A program made the translations under genes and the position numbers. From NCBI GenBank assembly GCA_963843845.1, contig CAWJMB010000002.1:128001-192000 (forward strand): 64,000 nt of DNA, read 5' to 3'. The notes beneath the pieces are model-generated. The model was not told the DNA's origin. It made no database searches and saw nothing but the letters and a program-made list of their open reading frames with translations. Below are positions 9,709 to 18,554 of the stretch, one piece after another. The DNA is from an uncultured Gemmatimonadaceae bacterium. GTDB lineage: Bacteria; Gemmatimonadota; Gemmatimonadetes; Gemmatimonadales; Gemmatimonadaceae. Each line of letters begins with the position of its first letter. Positions within the stretch are counted from its first letter, which is position 1.

Positions 9709-10315
9709 CCGGGGAGGTGACGTCGGCCGCCGACTGCGGCGCCGCTGACCGCGCCGCGTACGGCGGGACGTCGCCGAGCCGGCGGTAGAAGAACGTCGTC
9801 GGGCAGGGACGCCCGTCCGGCCAGAGCGCGTAGTCCGGCACGACGCCGACCCGCTCCCACCCCATCCGCACGTACAGTCGCTCGGCGGGGCTGTCAGTGA
9901 CGGTATCGAGGACGAGCAGTGTCTTGCCGGCCTCGCGCGCGGCATCTTCGGCGGCCCGCACGAGCAGCGCGCCGACACCGCGACAGCGGGCGGACTGGCG
10001 CACCAGCATCTTCGCGACGTCGCCACGGTGCGGCTGGTTCTCCGGCCGCGCGAACACGACCTGCACCGTCCCGACGATCGCACCGCTCGCTCGGTCTTCC
10101 GCGATCAGGAGAATGCGGTCGCCTGTCGCGACACCGTCGGCGACACCGCGCCAGAACGCGTCGGCGCGCTGCTGCGTCAGCGGCGCCATGAAGCTCACCG
10201 ACGCGCCGCCGTCGACGCAGTCGATCAGGACGTCGGACAGCGCGCCGACGCTCGCGCCCGCCTCTCCCGCGGAGAGGGCGCGGATCGCGACGGCGGCGGT
10301 GGACGGCTCGGCCAT
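9692..10315 (-). CDS. GNAT acetyltransferase (Ttr-like)
   Basis: DCVDGGASVSF, NQPHRGDVAKMLV, R.RGVG, LLVLDT, AERLY. Confidence 0.85.
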   Translation of the reverse strand: MAEPSTAAVAIRALSAGEAGASVGALSDVLIDCVDGGASVSFMAPLTQQRADAFWRGVADGVATGDRILLIAEDRASGAIVGTVQVVFARPENQPHRGDVAKMLVRQSARCRGVGALLVRAAEDAAREAGKTLLVLDTVTDSPAERLYVRMGWERVGVVPDYALWPDGRPCPTTFFYRRLGDVPPYAARSAAPQSAADVTSPVTSTP

Positions 10316-10419
10316 GCGAGGTGAATCTATAGCGCGCCATGCCGACACCGCATGACGGGAATCTCCGTGCGCCCGGAGCGCCGTCGTCGCCGGCCTCGCG
10401 CTCTCCGTTCTGTGAGGCG

Positions 10420-10587
10420 GCCTGCTCGGCGGACACACGAGCGCGCAGGCGGGGCAGCCGCGGGCCCGAGGTCGGCCATCTGCCGCTCGTCGGGTGAAAC
10501 CTCGCCGGCGGCGACCTGCGCGTCGCGCACGTGCTCGGCCGGCACGTCGAGCAGGCGCTCCCGGCGGCGGGGCGACCCGTGCTGTGA
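10420..10587 (+). pseudogene. Relic of a conserved hypothetical membrane protein
   Basis: One frame reads GHLPLVG*NLAGGDLRVAHVLGRHVEQALP, resembling a 'LP..GW...GGDLRVAHF.GLH..Q.LP' motif recalled from memory, with TGG changed to TGA. Confidence 0.5.
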
Positions 10588-10598
10588 ATCGTGCGTGT

Positions 10599-10696
10599 TG
10601 GAATTCTTTCTCGGAAAAAACCGAAGGAACGGAAGGAACCCGAAGGGCTCGTCCAGGCCCTTCGGGTTCCTTCCGTTCCTTCCGCGCAAATTCTCC
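10599..10696. repeat. REP-like palindrome, family A copy 3
   Basis: CGAAGGAACGGAAGGAACCCGAAGGGC-loop-GCCCTTCGGGTTCCTTCCGTTCCTTCCG. Confidence 0.85.
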
Positions 10697-10699
10697 AGG

Positions 10700-13321
10700 C
10701 TACCGTCGGTAGGTCAGCCCGATCACCAGCCGGTTCACGTCGAAGAAGTCGATCCCCTGGTGCTCGACGAGCAGCTCGGGCGTGCGGCCGGCGGCGGAGA
10801 GCGCGCGCAGCACGCCGCCGATCGCCGGCAGGTCGGTGGTCACGCCGTAGGCCGGCGTGAGGACGATGTCGAGGCCGTCACGGCCGCCGACGCGCCCGCC
10901 GAAGTTGATGAAGCCCGCGCCGAGCGACGCGCGCGGCCGCACGCGGCCTAACGGGCCGAGGCGGACGCCGCCGAACTCGTAGAGCAGGTTGCCGGCGACG
11001 TAGGTGGACGTGCCGCCGCCGCCGAACCCGAACGCGAGCTCGGGCACGAGGTGGAAGCCCGGCAGCGACGGCGACACCTCGCCGAGGTCGAGGCGGGCGC
11101 CGAGCAGCGGCTGGAAGCCGTTGCTGAACGTGAAGCCGGAGTAAACGGTCGCGCCGGCGACGCCGCCGCCTCGGGTCTGGGTCGACGCTCGCGTCGTCTC
11201 ACGCGGCGTCTCGACGGCGGGCGCCGCCGGCGCCGCCGGGCGCGCACGCTCGACCTCGTCGCGCACGATCGTGCGGATCTCGTCGGCCGAGAGCGATCGG
11301 GCGCTCGGCGTCTGCGGGGCGCGGTCGCGGAGCCCGGCGGCGACGCGCTCGTCGATGCGCGCGTCGAGGCGCTCGAGCACGCGCTCGACGATGCGCCGCT
11401 CCATCGCGGCCAGGTCGGCCTCGGTCATGGCGGGCGAGGTGTCGGCGTCCTTGCGCGCCGGCAGCTGGCTGCGCGACGTGCGCGGGGCCGGTGCGCCGCC
11501 GCGCGGCGGCTGGACGGACGGCCGCATGTCCGAGGCGAGCGCGTTCGCGCGCATCCCCTCCATCTCGTCGCGCACGGCCTGGCGCACGACGTCGCGCAGC
11601 TCGGCCGCGCTCACCCCCGACATGCCCGACGATCGGCCGCCGGCGGCGAGGTCGCGCTCGACGATCCGCTCGCGCGTGACGTCACGCGTCTCGACGTCGC
11701 GGCGCACCTCGTCACGCCTCGGCTCGTCGCGGCGCATGTCGTCCGGACGGCGCTCGCCCGGGGCCGGCGCGGCGGGGCGCGGCGGGCCGTAGCGGATGAT
11801 GATCTCCCCTTCCGTCGGCACGACGATCTGCGTCGTGCGGTCGCTCGCGTAGCCCTGGCCGTTCGCGCCGGTGGTGACGCGCTGCACGACGACGCGCCGC
11901 TCGAGCGAGCGGTCGGCGCCGAGTGCGCTGTCCGCCTGCGCGCCGCGCAGCGTGTCGCCGCGCTGCGTCACGACGACCGTGTCGACGCGCGTCTGCGCCA
12001 CCGTCGTCGGCGATGGAGCGACCGTCGTCGGCCTCGTTCCGACCGGCGTCATCCGCTGACCCGACTGCCGGTCGACGAACACGGTGTCGGTGCGCACGCC
12101 GCGCGCCGACCGCGTGCGCCCGCCGAGCTGCAGCGAGAGCCCGGCCGAGTACTGCCAGTTGCTGCGCAGCTGCCCCGTCTCGTTCACGTCCTGCAGCCGC
12201 CCCTCGCGCGACATGAGATAGTCGCGCGCGGCGACGTTCAGGATGAGGTGGCTGAAGATCGGGATGCGCACGCCGGCACCGCCGATGAGCGCCATCCGGT
12301 CACGCGGACGCGCCGTCGTCGCCGAGTCGTTCGGGCCGCGGTAGCCGTCCATGAAGTCGATCTGCGCCGCGCCGGCGAGCAGGTACGGGGAGAGCCCGGC
12401 GCCGGTGTTGAGGCTGAACTGCCCCTCGCCGCCGTACGCCTGCACGCGCTGCGTCGCGTCGAAGTCGGAGTTCACGCCGCGCCAGTAGAAGCCGCGCAGC
12501 CCGACGAGCGGTCCGAAGTCGACGCCGGTGCGCGCGCCGACGAGGTACTGCTTGCCGATGCCCGTCTCGCCGTCGAAGTCGAGGCGCCCGGCGAACACGT
12601 CGAGCGGGAGCGAGAAGTTCGTGAGCGACGACGTGGGCTGGTCGTTGTAGCCGACGGTGCTGCCTAACGGGATCGACACCGACGCGCCGTACGCGAGGTT
12701 CGAGCGCAGCTTGGTCGCCTGCGAGTCGATCGCGGCGAGCCCGCCCGTCGTCATCGGGTTCGCGAGATTCAGCAGCAGCGTGCGGTCGATGCGGAAGCGC
12801 AGGTCCTGCGCGTAGACGTTGAAGCGCAGCCCGCCGGGGCGCCCGAAGCGCAGCCCGCCCGCGTACTGCAGCGCGATGCGGTCCGTGCGCCGGCCATTGT
12901 CGGGCTCGAAGCGCAGGATCGAGCCGCCGCCGCGGACGTAGGGGGTGATGCCGCCGGTGCCGAAGTTCAGCACGAAGTCGGCGCCGTAGTTCTTGACGTC
13001 GAGCCCCGGGTTCTGCGGCGGCGTGCCGTTGACGTTGAGCCGCGAGTACAGGTCGCGGATCCTCGCATCGGTGCCCTGGCTGGTCAGGTAGAATCCCTGC
13101 AGCTCGACGATGCGGCCGAACACGATCCCGGCGCGCGCGCCGTACGTGAACGTGTCGTCGAGGCCGAGCGCGTCGTCCCAGCGCACCTGCTGCGCGGTCG
13201 GAGCGATGGTGTAGCGAAGGTCCTGCGCGGCCGCACTGTGCGCAGAGAGGAGCGTGCCGAGCACGAGCGCGCCGAGTGGCGTGCCCGATCGACCGCGCTT
13301 CGAGAACGAAGGTTGTGTCAT
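10700..13321 (-). CDS. Outer-membrane beta-barrel multi-domain protein
   Basis: Signal peptide; two tandem barrel-like repeats (YGARAG..PYVRGGG and VGARTG..PYLLAGA); low-complexity/coiled linker; C-terminal beta-rich domain ending IGLTYRR. Confidence 0.75.
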   Translation of the reverse strand: MTQPSFSKRGRSGTPLGALVLGTLLSAHSAAAQDLRYTIAPTAQQVRWDDALGLDDTFTYGARAGIVFGRIVELQGFYLTSQGTDARIRDLYSRLNVNGTPPQNPGLDVKNYGADFVLNFGTGGITPYVRGGGSILRFEPDNGRRTDRIALQYAGGLRFGRPGGLRFNVYAQDLRFRIDRTLLLNLANPMTTGGLAAIDSQATKLRSNLAYGASVSIPLGSTVGYNDQPTSSLTNFSLPLDVFAGRLDFDGETGIGKQYLVGARTGVDFGPLVGLRGFYWRGVNSDFDATQRVQAYGGEGQFSLNTGAGLSPYLLAGAAQIDFMDGYRGPNDSATTARPRDRMALIGGAGVRIPIFSHLILNVAARDYLMSREGRLQDVNETGQLRSNWQYSAGLSLQLGGRTRSARGVRTDTVFVDRQSGQRMTPVGTRPTTVAPSPTTVAQTRVDTVVVTQRGDTLRGAQADSALGADRSLERRVVVQRVTTGANGQGYASDRTTQIVVPTEGEIIIRYGPPRPAAPAPGERRPDDMRRDEPRRDEVRRDVETRDVTRERIVERDLAAGGRSSGMSGVSAAELRDVVRQAVRDEMEGMRANALASDMRPSVQPPRGGAPAPRTSRSQLPARKDADTSPAMTEADLAAMERRIVERVLERLDARIDERVAAGLRDRAPQTPSARSLSADEIRTIVRDEVERARPAAPAAPAVETPRETTRASTQTRGGGVAGATVYSGFTFSNGFQPLLGARLDLGEVSPSLPGFHLVPELAFGFGGGGTSTYVAGNLLYEFGGVRLGPLGRVRPRASLGAGFINFGGRVGGRDGLDIVLTPAYGVTTDLPAIGGVLRALSAAGRTPELLVEHQGIDFFDVNRLVIGLTYRR

Positions 13322-13422
13322 GAGACCGAGTTTGTGTGACAGACAACACGAACGTGCGTGATAAACGCATGTCTTGGGCCGCCGTCGGCCGGAAAGCACG
13401 TATACGCTCTACTTTTCGCCTC

Positions 13423-13983
13423 ATGACTCTCTCCAACGCCATCCAGAACCGCCGCTCGATCAAGCGGTTCACCGACCGCCAGATCTCGCGCGACGAGATC
13501 GAGACGCTGCTCGCCGCCGCGACGCTCGCGCCGAACCACCGCCTGACGCTGCCGTGGCGCTTCTACGTGTTGGGCCCCGAGGCGCGGTACGCGTACGGGC
13601 TCGCGTTAGGCGCGCGCAAGGCGAAGAAGATCGAGGACTCCGACGCCGCGGCGAAGATGCGCGAGACCGTCGGCGCCGAGCACCGCGCGCTCCCGGCGAT
13701 GATCATCGTCGCGATGATCGGCAACGAGAACGCCGAGATCGCCGAGGAGGACTACGCGGCGGTGATGATGGGGGTGCAGAACCTCGCGCTCGCCGCCGTC
13801 GACCTCGGGCTCGGCACGTCGATCAAGTCGGGGGCGATCATGAGCGACCCGGCCGCGCGCGCCGCCGTCGGCCTCCCCGACGACCAGCGCATCGTGGCCG
13901 TCGTGAACGTCGGCGAGCCGGCCGAGGTGCCGCCGGCGAAGGCGCGCGGCTCGGCGGCCGAGCGCACGACGTGGGTGCCGTGA
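13423..13983 (+). CDS. Nitroreductase family protein (YdjA-like)
   Basis: IQNRRSIKRF, APNHRLTLPWRF, QNLALAAVDLGLG. Confidence 0.9.
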   Translation: MTLSNAIQNRRSIKRFTDRQISRDEIETLLAAATLAPNHRLTLPWRFYVLGPEARYAYGLALGARKAKKIEDSDAAAKMRETVGAEHRALPAMIIVAMIGNENAEIAEEDYAAVMMGVQNLALAAVDLGLGTSIKSGAIMSDPAARAAVGLPDDQRIVAVVNVGEPAEVPPAKARGSAAERTTWVP

Positions 13984-14930
13984 CCACACGCGGCGCCGAA
14001 CGCGGGCTCGCGCTCGCGGGCGGCGTCCTGCTGCTCGCCGCGACCGCCGCCGGCGCGCAGTCGCGCCCCGCGGCGCCGAACGACCTGCCGAGCACGGCGC
14101 CGACGCCGAACTGCCCGAGCTGCGCGGAGTGGAACGCGCCGCACGCGCCGGTGCGGCTGTTCGCGAACACGTGGTTCGTCGGCACGAACGGCCTCAGCGC
14201 GATCCTCGTCACGTCGAGCGCGGGGCACGTGCTGATCGACGGCGGCCTCGCCGAGTCGGCGCCGCTGATCGAGGCGAACGTCCGCGCGGCCGGCTTCCGC
14301 GTCGAGGACGTGCGGCTGATCCTCAACTCGCACGTGCACTACGACCACGCGGCGGGGATCGCGTACCTGCAGCGCCGCTCCGGCGCGTCGGTCGCCGCGC
14401 GGGCGCCGAGCGCCTCGGTGCTGCGGCTCGGGCGCTCCGACCCGACCGACCCGCAGCACGGTACGCTCGCGCCGTTCGCGCCGGTCGCGAACGTGCGCGT
14501 CGTCGCCGCCGGCGAGACGGTGCGCGTCGGCCCGCTCGCGCTCACGGCGCACGCGACGGCCGGCCACACGCCGGGCGGCACGACGTGGACGTGGCGCAGC
14601 TGCGACGGCGCGGGTGCGGCCGCGCGCTGCCTCGACTTCGTCTACGCCGACAGCCAGACGCCGGTCTCGGCCGACGGCTTTCTGTACTCGCGCAGCACGA
14701 CGTACCCGACCGGCGTCGAGGACTTCCGGCGCGGCGCCGACCTGATCGAGCGGCTGCCGTGCGACGTGCTCGTCACGCCGCACCCGTCGGCGTCGCGGCT
14801 GTGGGAGCGCGTCGCGGCGCGCGACGGCGGGCGCGCGGACGCGCTCGTCGTGCGCGGCGCCTGCCGACGCTACGCGGCGACCGCGCGGCAGGCGCTGGCG
14901 CGGCGGCTGGCCGAGGAGCGGGGGCGCTGA
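13980..14930 (+). CDS. Subclass B3 metallo-beta-lactamase-like enzyme
   Basis: Signal peptide, C..C.EWNAP..P.RLF.NTWFVGT, NSHVHYDHAAG (HxHxDH), GHTPGGTTWTW.SC, CDVLVTPHP; GTGA overlap with nitroreductase. Confidence 0.85.
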   Translation: MTTRGAERGLALAGGVLLLAATAAGAQSRPAAPNDLPSTAPTPNCPSCAEWNAPHAPVRLFANTWFVGTNGLSAILVTSSAGHVLIDGGLAESAPLIEANVRAAGFRVEDVRLILNSHVHYDHAAGIAYLQRRSGASVAARAPSASVLRLGRSDPTDPQHGTLAPFAPVANVRVVAAGETVRVGPLALTAHATAGHTPGGTTWTWRSCDGAGAAARCLDFVYADSQTPVSADGFLYSRSTTYPTGVEDFRRGADLIERLPCDVLVTPHPSASRLWERVAARDGGRADALVVRGACRRYAATARQALARRLAEERGR

Positions 14931-14946
14931 GGGCGCCCCGCCCCGC

Positions 14947-15498
14947 TCACACCGGCTCGGCGAGCGCGGGGAGGCGGTCGGGCGTCGTCCGCCGGCGGAG
15001 CGCGGCGGCCGAGACGAGCGCGGCCAGCAGCCCGACCGGCAGCGGCTCGAGGAACGTGTACGCGCTGTTGACGAGCGGGTTGTCGTAGCTCGCCTCGTCG
15101 CGCGCCATCCGCGCCTGCAGCGCGGCGAGCTGCGCCGGCGTCGCCCCCTTCGCGCGCTCCTGCTCGAGCTGGTGCGCGTGGTACTTCACGAGGAAGTCCG
15201 GTTTGAAGTTGAAGTAGATCACCTCCCACGTCGCCACGTAGCACGCGCTCGACACGGCGACGATGAGCATCCCGACCGCGAACGCGCGCCCGAAGCTCAC
15301 CCGGCCGCCGGCCGTCGTGTCGCGGTAGCGGCGGACGCCGAAGTAGACGAGCAGCGACGCGGCGACCATCGTCGCGTAGCCGACGACCATGCCGGCGATG
15401 CCGTAGCCGATCCGGTCCTGGAACGGCTGCGTGAGCACCATCATCGCCGAGAGAACGAGGCCGGAGAGCAGGCCGAACGTGAGGACGATCTTGCGCAT
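14947..15498 (-). CDS. DUF4199 membrane protein
   Basis: GMVVGYATM..YFGVRRYRD...GGRVSFGRAFAVG; four hydrophobic segments. Confidence 0.85.
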   Translation of the reverse strand: MRKIVLTFGLLSGLVLSAMMVLTQPFQDRIGYGIAGMVVGYATMVAASLLVYFGVRRYRDTTAGGRVSFGRAFAVGMLIVAVSSACYVATWEVIYFNFKPDFLVKYHAHQLEQERAKGATPAQLAALQARMARDEASYDNPLVNSAYTFLEPLPVGLLAALVSAAALRRRTTPDRLPALAEPV

Positions 15499-15578
15499 CG
15501 AGGGCATGGGTCGGGGATCGGTCGCGGGGGAGGGGAACGTCGGTCGCGACAGCATGGCGGGGCGGGACGCGCGGCGCG

Positions 15579-15643
15579 TCACCGGAAAGGATGATTCTGC
15601 GCCGGCGGGCGCAGAATCCCCACGAAATCATCCTAAGGGATGA
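15579..15643. promoter_or_regulatory. Two candidate operators TCATCC-N4-GGATGA upstream of DUF4199
   Basis: Perfect TCATCC-TAAG-GGATGA (15628-15643) and variant TCACCG-GAAA-GGATGA (15579-15594). Confidence 0.5.
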
Positions 15644-16127
15644 GCCCCGCCTCCTTCGCGCGCTGCACGGCCTGCGTCCGCCGCCGGGCGCCGAGCTTGT
15701 CGAGCAGCCGGCTGGCGTGCGTCTTCACCGTGTTCTCGCTCACGAACAGCCGCTCGGCGATCTCGCGGTTGCTCAGCCCCTCGGCGACGAGCCGCAGGAT
15801 CTCGTGCTCGCGCGGCGTGATCCCGAGCGCCGCGAGCCGCGCCGGGTCGGCGACGAACGGCTCGACTGGCGCCGCGGCCGTCGGGGCCGGCACCTCGACG
15901 AGGACCTCGACGGGCACCTCGCGCACGACGACGCGCTCGACGACGGCCGCACCGGGCCGCGTGACGCGGAGCCCGAGCCAGATGCCGAGCGCGGCGAACA
16001 GCACGGCGATCAGCGCGCCGTAGATCTCGACCGCGTGCTCGACGACCAGGAAGCGGTACTCGACGAGCTGCAGCACGGCGATCAGCACGCCGGCGAGCAG
16101 GCCGTAGACGAGAACCGTTTTGCGCAC
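15633..16127 (-). CDS. Membrane-anchored LuxR-type HTH regulator
   Basis: Two N-terminal TM helices; ITPREHEILRLVAEGLSNREIAERLFVSENTVKTH. Confidence 0.9.
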   Translation of the reverse strand: MRKTVLVYGLLAGVLIAVLQLVEYRFLVVEHAVEIYGALIAVLFAALGIWLGLRVTRPGAAVVERVVVREVPVEVLVEVPAPTAAAPVEPFVADPARLAALGITPREHEILRLVAEGLSNREIAERLFVSENTVKTHASRLLDKLGARRRTQAVQRAKEAGLIP

Positions 16128-16232
16128 GTCCGAGGATCGTACGGGACGCGGCGGCGCACCAGGGCCCCGACGCCGCCGACGGTCCGCGGTCTGCGAGAGG
16201 AGGCGCCCTGCCCCCCAATCACCGGAGCCGTC

Positions 16233-17126
16233 ATGTCGCACGCCGATCCGCAGCCACCCCCGGGCGCCGGCGTCCCGGCGCCGGAACCCGCCGAGGAGAT
16301 CGCCGACCTCGCCCCCGAGGAGGAACGCAAGGCCGTCGAGCAGGAGTCGCCCGGTGCCGGCGTCACGCACGAGGCGATCCGGCGCGAGGGAGAGAAGGAG
16401 CTCGAGCGCAGCGTCTCGGCGCTCGCCTGGTCGGGGCTCGCCGGCGGCCTCTCGATGGGGCTGTCGCTGCTGGCCGAGGGGGCGCTGCGCGCGCACCTCC
16501 CCGACGCGCCGTGGCGGCCGCTCGTCGCGAAGCTCGGCTACTCGGTCGGCTTCCTCGTCGTCATCCTCGGCAGCCAGCAGCTGTTCACGGAGAACACACT
16601 CACGCCGATCGTGCCCCTGCTCGCGCGCCGCACCGGGGCGATGCTGCGCAAGGTGCTCGTGCTGTGGAGCGTCGTGCTCGTCGCGAACGTCGTCGGCGCG
16701 CTGCTCTTCGCGTTCGCCGCGGCGCGCACGGCGGCGTTCTCCCCCGAGCTGCGCGCCGCCTTCCTCGCCATCGGGCGCGAGGCGATGGAGGGCGATCCGC
16801 TGACGCACTTCGCGCGCGCGGTGCCGGCGGGGTGGATCCTCGCGCTCATGGTCTGGGTGCTCCCCGGAGCGCAGGGGGGGCGCGTCGCGATCATCGTGCT
16901 GATGACGTGGCTCATCGGCGCCGCCGAGCTCGCGCACGTCGTCGCCGGCGCCGTCGAGGCGCAGTACCTCGTGTTCGCCGGCGAGCTGTCGTACGGCGCG
17001 TTCCTCACCGGCTTCTTCGTCCCCGTGCTGCTCGGCAACGTCCTCGGCGGGGTGCCGCTCGTGGCGGCGGTGAACCACGCGCAGGTGACATCGGGCGTGC
17101 ACGTCGGCCGGCGGCACCGCGGCTGA
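16233..17126 (+). CDS. Formate/nitrite transporter family protein (YfdC-like)
   Basis: EGEKELER..ALAWSGLAGGLSMG, QQLFTENTLTP, GNVLGG..VA.VNHAQV. Confidence 0.88.
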   Translation: MSHADPQPPPGAGVPAPEPAEEIADLAPEEERKAVEQESPGAGVTHEAIRREGEKELERSVSALAWSGLAGGLSMGLSLLAEGALRAHLPDAPWRPLVAKLGYSVGFLVVILGSQQLFTENTLTPIVPLLARRTGAMLRKVLVLWSVVLVANVVGALLFAFAAARTAAFSPELRAAFLAIGREAMEGDPLTHFARAVPAGWILALMVWVLPGAQGGRVAIIVLMTWLIGAAELAHVVAGAVEAQYLVFAGELSYGAFLTGFFVPVLLGNVLGGVPLVAAVNHAQVTSGVHVGRRHRG

Positions 17127-17169
17127 CGGGCCGCGGCCGGCGCGCGCCGGGCGCGCTATCCTCCAGCGC

Positions 17170-17721
17170 ATGTCAGGCGACGACGGCACGATCACGTTCC
17201 GCCCGCTCACGCGCGACGACCTGCGGCTGTTCCACGCGTGGCTGCACCGCCCGCACGTCGCCGAGTGGTGGGGCCCGCAGGGCTCGCTCGAGGAGCTAGC
17301 CGAGGAGTACGCCGCGGAGCTCGACGGCTCGGCGACGACGCGCATCTACCTCGCGCTCGAGGACGGCGAGCCGGTCGGCTACATCCAGTCGTACGTCGCG
17401 ATCGGCTCGGGGGGCGGCTGGTGGGAGGGCGAGACCGACCCCGGCGTGCGCGGCGTCGACCAGTTCCTCGCGAACGCGCACCAGCTGAACCGCGGGCTCG
17501 GCACGCGCATGGTGCGCGCGTTCCTCGAGCGGCTGTTCGAGGACCCCGCGGTGACGCGCGTGCAGACCGACCCGTCGCCCGAGAACGCGCGCGCGATCCG
17601 CTGCTACGAGAAGGCCGGCTTCCGGTCGTCAGGCACCGTCGACACGCCGGACGGGCCGGCGCTGCTCATGACCGCGGACCGCGCGAGCGTCGCCGCCTCC
17701 CGCCCACCCGCCCCGCGATGA
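17170..17721 (+). CDS. AAC(6')-Ib/AacA4-family aminoglycoside N-acetyltransferase homolog
   Basis: GYIQSYVAIGSGGGWWEGETDPGVRGVDQFLAN..QLNRGLGT, QTDPSPENARAIRCYEKAGF, TPDGPA. Confidence 0.85.
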   Translation: MSGDDGTITFRPLTRDDLRLFHAWLHRPHVAEWWGPQGSLEELAEEYAAELDGSATTRIYLALEDGEPVGYIQSYVAIGSGGGWWEGETDPGVRGVDQFLANAHQLNRGLGTRMVRAFLERLFEDPAVTRVQTDPSPENARAIRCYEKAGFRSSGTVDTPDGPALLMTADRASVAASRPPAPR

Positions 17722-18542
17722 CGCGTCCGCCGCTGACCGACGTCCACCTCGCCCGCCGGCTGGAGCGCGCCGAGGCGCTCGGCAACGCCGCGTTCGTCGA
17801 GGCGCGGGCGGCGCGCGAGCCGGCCGTCGGTGCCACGTGGCGCGACGTCGGCGGCGCGTACGCGATGTTCGACGGCCCCGACTCGCCGATCACGCAGACG
17901 TTCGGGCTCGGCCTCTTCTCGCCGCCGACCGACGCGCAGCTCGGCGAGCTCGAGGCGTTCTTCGCCGGGCGCGGCGCGCCGACGCACCACGAGACCTGCC
18001 CGCTCGCCGACCCGGCGCTGCTGGCGCTGCTCGGCGACCGCGGTTACCGGGCGGTCGAGCAGTCGGCGGTGCTGCACCGCGCGCCGCCGCTCGCCGGCGC
18101 GATCCGCTCCGCGAGCGCCGAGCTCACGGCGCGCGTCATCGAGCCCGGGGAGGAGAGGATGTGGGCCGCGACCGCCGCCGCCGGGTGGGGCGCCGAGTCG
18201 CCGGAGCTCGGCGCGTTCATGGAGGCGTTCGGGATGCTGACCGCGCACGCGCGCGGCGTGACGTGCTTCATCGCCGAGCACGGCGCGACGCCGGTCGCCG
18301 CGGCGGCGATGGCGATCCACGAGGGCGTCGCGCTGCTCGCCGGCGCGAGCACGCGTGCCGAGTGGCGGCGCCGTGGGGCGCAGGGTGCGCTGCTCGCGGC
18401 GCGGCTCGACCACGCCGCGGCGGCGGGGTGCGACCTCGCGATGATGGCCGCGCTGCCGGGGAGCACGTCGCAGCAGAACGCCGAGCGGCAGGGGTTCCGC
18501 ATCGCGTACACGCGGACGAAGTGGATGAAGAGAAGGGCCTGA
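17718..18542 (+). CDS. GNAT acetyltransferase
   Basis: LARRLERAE; LAGASTRAEWRRRGAQ, SQQNAERQGF; ATGA overlap with upstream gene. Confidence 0.85.
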   Translation: MTRPPLTDVHLARRLERAEALGNAAFVEARAAREPAVGATWRDVGGAYAMFDGPDSPITQTFGLGLFSPPTDAQLGELEAFFAGRGAPTHHETCPLADPALLALLGDRGYRAVEQSAVLHRAPPLAGAIRSASAELTARVIEPGEERMWAATAAAGWGAESPELGAFMEAFGMLTAHARGVTCFIAEHGATPVAAAAMAIHEGVALLAGASTRAEWRRRGAQGALLAARLDHAAAAGCDLAMMAALPGSTSQQNAERQGFRIAYTRTKWMKRRA

Positions 18543-18554
18543 GACGCGCTCCGC

